Shown here: piece by piece, positions 37,387-46,631 of the stretch | Layout of the letters: the number at the start of each line of letters is the position of its first letter | Numbering within the stretch: position 1 is the first letter of the stretch | Source of the DNA: Bacteroidales bacterium | GTDB taxonomy: Bacteria; Bacteroidota; Bacteroidia; Bacteroidales; UBA10428 | Length of the DNA: 64,000 bases | Direction: 5' to 3' | Assembly (NCBI GenBank): GCA_016936215.1 | Contig: JAFGPL010000007.1 | Span: 12,448-76,447, forward strand | Notes under the pieces: generated by a model | Database searches by the model: none | Told to the model about the DNA's origin: nothing | What the model saw: only the letters and a program-made list of their open reading frames with translations | Program-made: the position numbers and the translations under genes

Positions 37387-39069
37387 ATGAAAAAGACGGT
37401 CATATTTTTAACAGGATTGGTAACTTTCTTCACTATGGGCTTATTTGCCCAATACCCCAAAATTACTTCCGAAGTAAAAAGAGCCTCTGATTCTTTACTG
37501 AAAGAGGCTGAGAAACTTTCTGATATTGCTTGGGGAAAAGCCTGGCCAAAGATTCAGGAAGAAGCAAAACAGGGTAAACCATATATCCCTTGGGCTGCAA
37601 GACCAACAGACCTGCCACAGGCCGAAATCCCTGTTTTTCCCGGCGCTGAAGGTGGAGGAATGTATTCTTTCGGTGGACGAGGTGGCCGTGTAATTGTGGT
37701 TACAAGTCTTGAAGACAGCGGTACGGGTACACTTCGTGATGCATGTGAACAGGGTGGGGCACGTATTGTTGTTTTCAATGTTGCCGGAATTATCAGGCTA
37801 AAATCGCCGCTTATTATCAGGGCTCCATATATTACCATTGCCGGCCAGACTGCACCGGGTGACGGAATTTGTGTTGCCGGAGAAACGGTATGGATTAACA
37901 CACACGATGTTGTCATCCGTCACATGCGTTTTCGCAGGGGTGAAACCTGGGTTGGTCGCAGGGACGATGCCATAGGGGGCAATCCGGTTGGCAATATTAT
38001 GATTGATCATGTTTCAGCCTCATGGGGCCTCGACGAAAATATGTCTATGTACCGCCACATGTTTGATGATGGTACCGGCAAGCCTCCGAAAAAATTGGGA
38101 ACGGTTAACATTACCATACAAAACAGCATATTTGCCGAGGCACTGGATACCTATAACCATTCATTTGGAAGCACCCTGGGCGGGGAAAACTGCAATTTTC
38201 ACCGTAACCTCTGGGCAAATAATGCCGGAAGGAATCCTTCAATAGGATGGAACGGCATTTTTAATTTTACAAACAACATCGTGTACAATTGGTGGCACCG
38301 GTCGGTTGACGGAGGCGATTATACTGAATTGTATAATATTTTCAATAACTATTATAAACCAGGCCCCGTCACACCAAAAGACAAACCTGTGGGCCACAGG
38401 ATATTGAAACCCGAAACCGGACGCAGTCAGCTTGGCCGCCTGGTATTTGGCAGGGCATATGTGAACGGTAATATTGTTGAAGGTTATCCTGAAGTAACTC
38501 AAAACAATTGGAATGGCGGTGTTCAAATCGAAGACCTGCCCGATGCAGGGGACTATGCCGATTATCTGAAATGGAACAAACCTTTTCCCATGGCGCCAGT
38601 GACTATTATATCTGCACAGGAAGCATATGAGTATGTTTTGTCCAATGCCGGGGCTACACTCCCGAAACGCGATGCGGTGGATGAAAGGATCATAAACCAG
38701 GTAAGGACCAACAGGGTAGACCTTTCACTTTATAAAGAAATTGATACCCTTTACCAGTTCGAACACCGGCGGCTGCAAAAAGATTCTTATAAATACGGTA
38801 TCATCACCGATATAGCGCAGGTTGGCGGGTACCCCGAATACTATGGCGAGCCGAGAAAAGATACTGATATGGATGGCATGCCTGATGAATGGGAGAAAAA
38901 ATATAAACTTAACCCAAAAGATCCTGCTGATGCCGTTCTTGATTGTAACGGCGATGGCTACACCAACATCGAAAAATATATCAACGGGATAGACCCTGCA
39001 AAGAAAGTGGACTGGAAAGACCTGAAGAACAATACTGATGTATTATCTGGGGGAAAAAGCATTCTGTAA
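37387..39069 (+). CDS. pectate lyase (PL1-like), paralog A
   Basis: FPGAEGGGMYSFGGRGGRVIVVTSLEDSGTGTLRDA, ITIAGQTAPGDGICVAG and IRHMRFRRGE motifs, plus a C-terminal DTDMDGMPDEWE...CNGDGYTNIEKYINGIDP module. Confidence 0.85.
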   Translation: MKKTVIFLTGLVTFFTMGLFAQYPKITSEVKRASDSLLKEAEKLSDIAWGKAWPKIQEEAKQGKPYIPWAARPTDLPQAEIPVFPGAEGGGMYSFGGRGGRVIVVTSLEDSGTGTLRDACEQGGARIVVFNVAGIIRLKSPLIIRAPYITIAGQTAPGDGICVAGETVWINTHDVVIRHMRFRRGETWVGRRDDAIGGNPVGNIMIDHVSASWGLDENMSMYRHMFDDGTGKPPKKLGTVNITIQNSIFAEALDTYNHSFGSTLGGENCNFHRNLWANNAGRNPSIGWNGIFNFTNNIVYNWWHRSVDGGDYTELYNIFNNYYKPGPVTPKDKPVGHRILKPETGRSQLGRLVFGRAYVNGNIVEGYPEVTQNNWNGGVQIEDLPDAGDYADYLKWNKPFPMAPVTIISAQEAYEYVLSNAGATLPKRDAVDERIINQVRTNRVDLSLYKEIDTLYQFEHRRLQKDSYKYGIITDIAQVGGYPEYYGEPRKDTDMDGMPDEWEKKYKLNPKDPADAVLDCNGDGYTNIEKYINGIDPAKKVDWKDLKNNTDVLSGGKSIL

Positions 39070-39085
39070 TAGAAATAGTCAAACC

Positions 39086-40774
39086 ATGTTAAACAAGAGA
39101 ATAGCGTTGCTGAGATTTGTTCTTCTACTTGCAATTATTGATGGATATGCACAATATCCATCTATGAAAAATGTGCAGCCAATAGTAGATTACTTACAGC
39201 AGGAATGGGATAGCTTGGATGCTATAGCCTGGGAAAAGGCATGGCCGGACATTTTTGAAGATACGAGAAATTTTAAAGTGTACCACTCATGGGCACATCG
39301 GCCGGATGATTTACCACAAGCCTCAATTCCTGCCTTTCCTGGTGCCGAAGGTGGGGGAATGTATAGTTTTGGAGGAAGGGGAGGAAAAGTTTTTGTTGTT
39401 ACAAGTCTCGACGATAGTGGTTCGGGGACCTTTCGGGAAGCATGCGAGCATGGGGGAAGCCGGGTGGTGGTTTTTAATGTTGCCGGAATCATCAGGCTCG
39501 AACGACCCATTAGCATTAATGCACCTTATATCACTATTGCAGGACAGACATCACCAGGAGACGGGATTTGTATTGCAGGTGAGTCAGTTTATATAAATAC
39601 CCAAGATGTTGTTATAAGGCACGTGCGTTTTCGCAGGGGGGAAACATGGGTGGGCCGCCGGGATGATGCAATAGGGGGCGACCCTGTCGGAAACATAATA
39701 ATAGACCATGTATCTGCATCGTGGGGACTTGATGAAAATATGACACTTTACCGTCATAAATTTACCGATAGCCCCGGAAACCCAAAAGCACCGGTACATA
39801 AATACGGAACGGTTAATATTACCATTCAGAACTGCATTTTTTCTGAAGCACTGGATACGTATGGACATGCTTTTGGAAGTACCCTGGGAGGTGAAAACTG
39901 TTTGTTCATCAGAAATCTATGGGCAAATAATACCGGTCGTAATCCTTCTATTGGTTGGAATGGCACTTTTAATTTCGTGAATAATGTAGTCTATAACTGG
40001 TATCATCGCTCTGTTGATGGAGGTGATTTCAGCTCACGTTACAATATTATTAACAATTATTATAAACCCGGTCCTGTTACCCCGTCTGATCAACCGGTCG
40101 GATACAGGCTACTTAAACCTGCATCGAGATATAAAGTAAATGGCCGGACAGTTTATGGAAGGGTTTGGGTGGAAGGTAACACCATGGAAGGTTACCCGGA
40201 AATTACAAATGATAACTGGAAGGGAATACAAATTGAAGACATGGCAGATGCTGGTGATTATTTGAGTGAAATTCGATGGTACAAAAGGTTTGATATGCCC
40301 GAGGCCAATATCATAAATGCCGGCGATGCATATAAATTTGTATTGTCCAATGCCGGGGCCACACTCCCGAAACGCGACGCGGTGGATGAAAGGGTAATAA
40401 ACCAGGTAAGGACCAACAAGATAGACCTTTCGCTTTATAAAGTAATTGATACCCTTTACCAGTTTGAACACCGCAGGCTGGAAAAAGACTCGTATAAATA
40501 CGGTATCATTACCGATATTGCGCAGGTTGGCGGGTACCCCGAATACTATGGCGAGCCGAGAAAAGATACTGATATGGATGGAATGCCGGATGAATGGGAA
40601 AAGAAATACAAACTCAATCCCAAAGACCCCGCTGATGCCGTTCTCGATTGCAACGGCGACGGCTATACCAATATCGAAAAATATATCAATGGGATAGATC
40701 CGGCAAAGAAGGTGGACTGGAAAGACCTGAAGAACAACAAAGATACCCTTGCTGAAAAAGGCAGAGTGCTCTGA
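39086..40774 (+). CDS. pectate lyase (PL1-like), paralog B
   Basis: It has the same motifs as paralog A. ATG 39086 gives the signal peptide MLNKRIALLRFVLLLAIIDGYAQ. The track ORF start at 39038 would overlap the upstream gene. Confidence 0.85.
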   Translation: MLNKRIALLRFVLLLAIIDGYAQYPSMKNVQPIVDYLQQEWDSLDAIAWEKAWPDIFEDTRNFKVYHSWAHRPDDLPQASIPAFPGAEGGGMYSFGGRGGKVFVVTSLDDSGSGTFREACEHGGSRVVVFNVAGIIRLERPISINAPYITIAGQTSPGDGICIAGESVYINTQDVVIRHVRFRRGETWVGRRDDAIGGDPVGNIIIDHVSASWGLDENMTLYRHKFTDSPGNPKAPVHKYGTVNITIQNCIFSEALDTYGHAFGSTLGGENCLFIRNLWANNTGRNPSIGWNGTFNFVNNVVYNWYHRSVDGGDFSSRYNIINNYYKPGPVTPSDQPVGYRLLKPASRYKVNGRTVYGRVWVEGNTMEGYPEITNDNWKGIQIEDMADAGDYLSEIRWYKRFDMPEANIINAGDAYKFVLSNAGATLPKRDAVDERVINQVRTNKIDLSLYKVIDTLYQFEHRRLEKDSYKYGIITDIAQVGGYPEYYGEPRKDTDMDGMPDEWEKKYKLNPKDPADAVLDCNGDGYTNIEKYINGIDPAKKVDWKDLKNNKDTLAEKGRVL

Positions 40775-40797
40775 AAATGAATATTTAAAGGCTGTAA

Positions 40798-43671
40798 ATG
40801 AATGAAAACCTGTCATATGAGAGAATTATAAAAATCGAGTTGCTATTCATTTTTTGTATCTTTTCATTTGCGGTTTTTTCACAGGAAAAAACTGTACCTC
40901 CGGTAAGGACCGGCATTGATGGTAAGTTGGAATATTTTACTGATTCTTTAGGTAACAGGATACCTGATTTTTCCTGGTGCGGGTATATGAACGGCAACCA
41001 ACCTGTTCCCAACGTGCCGGTGCGTGCAATGGTTTCTCCTGTAAAGGGCGATGCAACCTATACCATTCAGGCTGCCATTGATTATGTTGCCGGTTTGCCC
41101 CCCGGGGAAAATGGACTGCGTGGCGCGGTATTGCTTGAGAAAGGAGTATTTGAGGTTGATGGACAGCTTTTTATGAATAAATCCGGAGTTGTACTCAGAG
41201 GATGCGGAACATCCCGCAACGGTACAACCATAATCGGAAAAGGAAAAACGCGCAATACATTGATAGTTATTGGTGGTGTGGATGATAAAAAATTTGGTAT
41301 CCCTGTAAGGATAACTGATGGTTATGTTCCTGTTAATGCTGCCACTTTCTCTGTTAGTAATGGTAATGATTTCAAACCTGGAGATAAAGTTCTAGTACAT
41401 CGTCCATCTACCAAAGAATGGATTGACAAAATTCAGATGAACGAATTTGGGGGTGAAAGCTCCTGGCTGGGTTGGAAACCTGGAACACGCGACTTATATT
41501 GGGACAGAACCATAACTTCTGTTCTGGAAAATAAAATCACATTAGATGCCACATTGACTACATCGCTTGACAGCAGTATGGGGGGAGGTTTCATTGCAAA
41601 ATACGATTGGCCGGGCAGAATTTATCATGTTGGCATTGAAAACCTGCAACTGGTTTCTGATTATGATTCCTTAAACCCGAAAGACGAAGATCACCGGTGG
41701 ATGGCAGTTACAATTGAAAATGCCGGGAACTGCTGGGTACGGCAGGTAAGTTTCAGACATTTTGCGGGTTCCGCAGTATCCGTTTATGAAACAGCTTCCA
41801 AAATTACAGTTGAAGATTGCAAATCACTCGCTCCGTTCTCTGAAATCGGAGGGTTCAGGCGCACTGCATTTTTTACCTCCGGCCAGATGGTTTTGTTTCA
41901 GCGTTGTTACTCTGAATATGGTTATCACGATTTTGTCGCTGGTTTCTGTGCCGCTGGCCCCAATGCATTTGTACAATGTGAATCATACATGCCTTATAAT
42001 TTCAGTGGTCCGACAGATAGCTGGTCATCGGGCGTTTTGTACGATATTGTCAATGTTGACGGGCAAAAACTATGTTTCAGTAATCTTTTGGGAGATAAAC
42101 AGGGTGCTGGCTGGAATGCTGCCAACAGTGTGTTCTGGCAATGTTCAGCCGCTAAAATTGAATGTTTCAGCCCACCCGGGGCTGTTAACTATGCCGTGGG
42201 CTGCTGGGCGCAGTTTTCAGGAAACGGATACTGGTATGAACCCGACAGCCATGTAAAACCCCGCAGCCTCTATTATGCGCAACTTTCAGACCGCCTTGGT
42301 AATTCAGTTCAGAACAGGGCAAACCTTCTTCCCCTGTCAACAGAGGCTTCAAGCAGTCCGACTATTGCACAGGCTATGGAATTTGCGGCTTCGTCTGTTG
42401 AACCACAAATTTCACTCATAGAATGGATTGAGCTTGCAAAAGAGCGGAATCCAATTCCTCTGACGTCAAAAGGTGCCCGGGTATTTAGCAAAAGCATTAT
42501 TCCTGAAAATAAAATTGAAATTAAAAAGCAGAAGATTATTGTTGAAAATGGTCTGCTGATATGCGAAGGTATGTTAATAACCGGGTTAAGGCACAATGTT
42601 TCGTGGTGGAGGGGAAATATCCGGCCGTTTGCAGCCAAAAAGGCAACCCCGCATATCACACGTTTTGTCCCCGGCAGAACAGGAACTGGTTTTACCGACA
42701 ACCTGGACTCGGTTGCATCATGGATGTTCACTAATAACATCTTAAGTATTGAACACAACTACGGCTTATGGTACGATCGCAGGCGCGATGACCATGAACG
42801 TATACGACGCATAGATGGTGATGTATGGGCCCCATTTTACGAATTGCCCTTTGCGCGGTCGGGACAGGGAACTGCCTGGGACGGATTGAGTAAATACGAT
42901 CTTACCAGGTTTAATTTCTGGTACTGGGATCGCTTAAAACAGTTTGCTGATCTTGCCGATAAACATGGATTATTACTGATACAACAGCACTATTTCCAGC
43001 ATAATATTCTTGAAGCCGGGGCACACTGGGCGGACTTTCCTTGGCGCGATGCAAATAATATCAACCATACCGGTTTCCCCGAACCTCCGCCATATGCGGG
43101 TGACAAACGCATTTTCATGGCAGAACAGTTTTATGATACCGGCCATCCTGTAAGGAGGAAGATACACGAAGCCTATATCCGCAAATGTCTTGATAATTTT
43201 TCAAGTAATACAAACGTTATACATTCTATCAGCGCCGAATATACCGGCCCGTTGCATTTTGTTCAATTCTGGATTGATGTGATTATGGAATGGGAAAAAG
43301 AAACCGGCAAAAATGCCCTGGTAATGCTAAGCGTTACAAAAGATGTGCAGGATTCCATTCTTGCAGATAAGGCAAGGTCTGAGGCTGTGGATATTATTGA
43401 TATCCATTACTGGCACTATAGAAAAGACGGGTCGCTCTATGCACCAGAAGGGGGTAAAAATCTTGCCCCGCGCCAGCATGCAAGGCTTGTAAAACAGGGG
43501 GAATCTTCGTTTGAACAGGTATATCGTGCTGTTTCCGAATATCGTGAAAGGTTTCCATTCAAAGCAGTGGTCTATTCGGCTTCAGGCAGTGACAAATATT
43601 CCGGGGCAGTTTTAAAGGCAGGGGGATCCATGCCTTCCATTCCGGTGACTGAAAAGAATTTGAAACAATAA
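40798..43671 (+). CDS. two-domain protein: N-terminal right-handed beta-helix (pectate-lyase-superfamily-like) plus an uncharacterised C-terminal glycosidase-like domain
   Basis: 957 aa. GDATYTIQAAIDYVAG...GAVLLEKGVFEVDGQLFMNKSGVVLRGCG is typical of Pectate_lyase_3-type beta-helix N-termini. The C-terminal ~400 aa (WYDRRRDDHE..., HWADFPWRDANN) were not assigned. Confidence 0.55.
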   Translation: MNENLSYERIIKIELLFIFCIFSFAVFSQEKTVPPVRTGIDGKLEYFTDSLGNRIPDFSWCGYMNGNQPVPNVPVRAMVSPVKGDATYTIQAAIDYVAGLPPGENGLRGAVLLEKGVFEVDGQLFMNKSGVVLRGCGTSRNGTTIIGKGKTRNTLIVIGGVDDKKFGIPVRITDGYVPVNAATFSVSNGNDFKPGDKVLVHRPSTKEWIDKIQMNEFGGESSWLGWKPGTRDLYWDRTITSVLENKITLDATLTTSLDSSMGGGFIAKYDWPGRIYHVGIENLQLVSDYDSLNPKDEDHRWMAVTIENAGNCWVRQVSFRHFAGSAVSVYETASKITVEDCKSLAPFSEIGGFRRTAFFTSGQMVLFQRCYSEYGYHDFVAGFCAAGPNAFVQCESYMPYNFSGPTDSWSSGVLYDIVNVDGQKLCFSNLLGDKQGAGWNAANSVFWQCSAAKIECFSPPGAVNYAVGCWAQFSGNGYWYEPDSHVKPRSLYYAQLSDRLGNSVQNRANLLPLSTEASSSPTIAQAMEFAASSVEPQISLIEWIELAKERNPIPLTSKGARVFSKSIIPENKIEIKKQKIIVENGLLICEGMLITGLRHNVSWWRGNIRPFAAKKATPHITRFVPGRTGTGFTDNLDSVASWMFTNNILSIEHNYGLWYDRRRDDHERIRRIDGDVWAPFYELPFARSGQGTAWDGLSKYDLTRFNFWYWDRLKQFADLADKHGLLLIQQHYFQHNILEAGAHWADFPWRDANNINHTGFPEPPPYAGDKRIFMAEQFYDTGHPVRRKIHEAYIRKCLDNFSSNTNVIHSISAEYTGPLHFVQFWIDVIMEWEKETGKNALVMLSVTKDVQDSILADKARSEAVDIIDIHYWHYRKDGSLYAPEGGKNLAPRQHARLVKQGESSFEQVYRAVSEYRERFPFKAVVYSASGSDKYSGAVLKAGGSMPSIPVTEKNLKQ

Positions 43672-43684
43672 ATCCTAAATAGAG

Positions 43685-45073
43685 ATGCTGAAAAAGTCAA
43701 TTTTGATAGCAATTACCATTTTGACAGTTCTGTCATGCAGAAATAATAGTTCTGAGAATGCAGGATTATTAAAAATATCTGATAACAGGAGGTTTTTTAC
43801 TGACAGCAATGGAAATCCTTTTTTCTGGCTCGGTGACACCGGATGGTTGCTTTTTAAGAAGCTGAACCGGGAAGAAGGGGAGCAATACCTTGAAAACCGG
43901 CGGCAGAAAGGTTTTAATGTCATCCAGGTGATGTTACTGCATGATGTGAAAGACCCTGTTAATTATTATGGGGATTCTGCGCTTGTGAACAATGATATAA
44001 CCAAATCATATACAACTCCGGGCAATTCATACGAAAATCCTCAAGAGTATGATTACTGGGACCATGTTGATTACCTGATAGATGTCGCAGCATCTAAAGG
44101 AATTTATTTGGCGCTTGTCCCTGTATGGGGCTCAAATATCAAGAGTTGCAAAATTACTCCCGAACAGGGAAGAATTTATGCTGAATGGCTTGCAGAAAGA
44201 TTTAAGGATAAACACAATGTTATATGGCTAAATGGAGGTGACATTCCGGGCTCAGATAGCATTGATATCTGGAATGCAATTGGTTATATTTTGTGGAAAA
44301 TGGCTCCCGACCAGCTTGTAACATTTCATCCCCGGGGCAGGACTCACTCTTCAAAGTGGTATCATGATGAATTATGGCTCGATTTCAATATGTTTCAATC
44401 AGGTCACAGGAGATACGATCAGGATGATACTGAACTGGCTTACGGTGAGGACAACTGGCGATTTGTTGAATACGATTACAACCTAACACCTGTAAAACCC
44501 ACCCTCGATGGAGAACCTTCTTACGAGGATATTCCGCAGGGTTTGCACGATACCCTTCAGCCATTCTGGAATGACAATGATGTAAGACGTTATGCATACT
44601 GGTCGGTGTTTACAGGTGCCGGCGGACATACTTATGGACATAACTCTGTGATGCAGTTTTACAAACCTGAAGATACACGCAAATCATACGGTGCAAGAAA
44701 ATACTGGTTCGATGCTATAAACGATCCGGGAGCCGGCCAAATAAAATACATTAAGGATCTGATGCTTTCTGTTCCTTATTTTGAAAGGATTCCTGATAAC
44801 AGCATGGTCGCTGTTCAGGGCGAAAAGTATGATTATCAGCCTGCAACAAGAGGAAAGGATTATGCCATGATTTATACTTATAATGGAAGAAATATTGGCG
44901 TGCATATGGGTAAAATAAGCGGCAACCAGGTACGGGCATCCTGGTTTAATCCCCGTGAAGGCAGCACCACTGAAATTGGCAATTTTGAGAATAAAGGAAC
45001 ATGGGAGTTTATTCCTCCCGGTGAAAAAGCCGATGGGAATGACTGGGTTTTAATACTTAAAAGTATTCAATAA
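43685..45073 (+). CDS. GH140-like glycoside hydrolase (DUF4038 type; apiosidase family)
   Basis: Lipoprotein signal (LTVLSC). FFTDSNGNPFFWLGDTGWLLF...RRQKGFNVIQVMLL is characteristic of DUF4038/GH140 TIM barrels. Recognised from memory. Confidence 0.65.
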   Translation: MLKKSILIAITILTVLSCRNNSSENAGLLKISDNRRFFTDSNGNPFFWLGDTGWLLFKKLNREEGEQYLENRRQKGFNVIQVMLLHDVKDPVNYYGDSALVNNDITKSYTTPGNSYENPQEYDYWDHVDYLIDVAASKGIYLALVPVWGSNIKSCKITPEQGRIYAEWLAERFKDKHNVIWLNGGDIPGSDSIDIWNAIGYILWKMAPDQLVTFHPRGRTHSSKWYHDELWLDFNMFQSGHRRYDQDDTELAYGEDNWRFVEYDYNLTPVKPTLDGEPSYEDIPQGLHDTLQPFWNDNDVRRYAYWSVFTGAGGHTYGHNSVMQFYKPEDTRKSYGARKYWFDAINDPGAGQIKYIKDLMLSVPYFERIPDNSMVAVQGEKYDYQPATRGKDYAMIYTYNGRNIGVHMGKISGNQVRASWFNPREGSTTEIGNFENKGTWEFIPPGEKADGNDWVLILKSIQ

Positions 45074-45116
45074 TAGTATTTTACAGAAAAATGAATTGCA
45101 TTAAAAAACACAAGAC

Positions 45117-46079
45117 ATGAAACCTGTTAAATATGCACTGCTGACTATTTTGACATTATTGCTTTTCATATTTTCATGCTCAAATGAAAAAACAGTATAT
45201 ATTTTTACCTCCTTTCGCGAACCAGCAAACGAAGGATTGCGATTATTATACAGCCATGACGGTTACAACTGGCACCGGATAGATACCGTCTTCCTGAAAC
45301 CCGGTGTCGGTGCTCAGATAGTTATGCGCGACCCCTCCATTGTTCGGGGACCTGACGGTGTTTTTCACCTTGTGTGGACCTCCTCATGGAAAGGTGACCT
45401 GGGCTTTGGATATGCGAACTCAAAAGATTTAATACACTGGTCAGAACAGAAATTCATTCCGGTAATGGAATTCGATACCACCACGGTGAATGTCTGGGCG
45501 CCTGAACTGTTTTACGATGATGAAAAAGATGAATTTATCATTATCTGGGCATCTACCATCCCTTTTAAGTTTGAAAAAGGAATTGAGGATGAGTATAATA
45601 ACCACAGAATGTATTATACAGTTACCAGGGATTTTGAAACCTTTTCACCGGCCAGTCTCTTTCTCGACCCGGGCTTCAGTGTAATTGATGCTGTGATTGT
45701 AAAAAGAGAAAAAAACGATTATGTGCTTGTACTTAAAGACAATACACGTCCGGAACGCAATCTGAAAGTTGCTTTTGGTAACACGGCACTTGGTCCTTAC
45801 AGCGGTATTTCCCCGGCTTTCACCGATACCTTTACCGAAGGACCGACAGTGGTTAAAATTGAAGATGAATGGCTCATCTATTTCGATGCATACAGAGAAA
45901 AGTGTTACGGGGCTGTAAAAACAAAAGATTTTGTATCTTTTACAGATATTTCAGATGTTATCATTATTCCTGAAGGACATAAGCATGGGACGATTTTCAA
46001 GGTAGAAAAGAAAGTTTTAAAGAAATTGTTGAAGAAGATTGAGGAAAAGGCTAAGGCTAAGGCTGAGGAAAAGGAATAG
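45117..46079 (+). CDS. five-bladed beta-propeller glycoside hydrolase, GH43-like
   Basis: Lipoprotein signal (IFSCSNE) and motifs MRDPSIVRGPDGVFHLVWT, VWAPELFYD and TEGPTVVK. The 3' end (KAKAKAEEKE) runs into the hexamer repeat arm. Confidence 0.6.
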   Translation: MKPVKYALLTILTLLLFIFSCSNEKTVYIFTSFREPANEGLRLLYSHDGYNWHRIDTVFLKPGVGAQIVMRDPSIVRGPDGVFHLVWTSSWKGDLGFGYANSKDLIHWSEQKFIPVMEFDTTTVNVWAPELFYDDEKDEFIIIWASTIPFKFEKGIEDEYNNHRMYYTVTRDFETFSPASLFLDPGFSVIDAVIVKREKNDYVLVLKDNTRPERNLKVAFGNTALGPYSGISPAFTDTFTEGPTVVKIEDEWLIYFDAYREKCYGAVKTKDFVSFTDISDVIIIPEGHKHGTIFKVEKKVLKKLLKKIEEKAKAKAEEKE

Positions 46080-46631
46080 ATATTGGATAAAGCCCTGAAT
46101 TAAAGATTAAAAATATATAATTTGAATGTCATATAAGGATTTTACTGAAATGTCAGTCTGGCAAAAGGCATTTAAACTTTTGCTTAGAATTTATGATTTA
46201 ACCAAAAAATTTCCAAAGGAAGAAAAATATGGAATTATAGATAATACCAGAAGGGCTGCTAATTCTGTTACAAACAATATTGCTGAAGGCTTTGGAAGGT
46301 ATGAAAAATATGATAAAACACGGTTTTATAAAATATCCAGGGGAAGTGCATATGAGATAGTTAATCAGATAATGGTTTCTCATGCCTTAAGTTATATTAA
46401 CAATTTAGAAAATGAAGAATTGATCAAAAGTTACAAAGAAGTTATCGAAGAACTAGATATGATGATTAAATCCCTGGAAACATCAGACAGAAAACGAACC
46501 AGATATTAAAATAGTCTAAATCATGAAAATTATCAGGAGAATTTTAAATCTTTTTATAATATTTTTTCAATATTCTCAGAATAATATCCGTCATCTTAGC
46601 CTCAGCCTTAGCCTCAGCCTTAGCCTTAACC
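46047..46631. other. cassette A: a four-helix-bundle gene bracketed by inverted hexamer-repeat arms
   Basis: The left arm (AAGGCT)x3 GAGG at 46047-46068 and the right arm (CTTAGC/CTCAGC)x6 at 46595-46630 are reverse complements of each other. Confidence 0.7.
46126..46509 (+). CDS. four-helix-bundle protein (23S rRNA intervening-sequence protein family)
   Basis: 127 aa. The pattern VWQKAFKLLLRIYDLTKKFPKEEKYGIIDNTRRAANSVTNNIAEGFGRY...SRGSAYE is the hallmark of this family. Confidence 0.85.
   Translation: MSYKDFTEMSVWQKAFKLLLRIYDLTKKFPKEEKYGIIDNTRRAANSVTNNIAEGFGRYEKYDKTRFYKISRGSAYEIVNQIMVSHALSYINNLENEELIKSYKEVIEELDMMIKSLETSDRKRTRY

Noticed and set aside
39038-39085. Upstream start for PL1 paralog B that overlaps paralog A
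   Set aside because: The extension (MYYLGEKAFCNRNSQT) precedes a perfect signal peptide starting at ATG 39086 and would overlap the upstream stop. The downstream start is more plausible.
40109-40816. 235-aa minus-strand ORF
   Set aside because: It is antisense to the 3' end of PL1 paralog B and looks like a shadow ORF without motifs.
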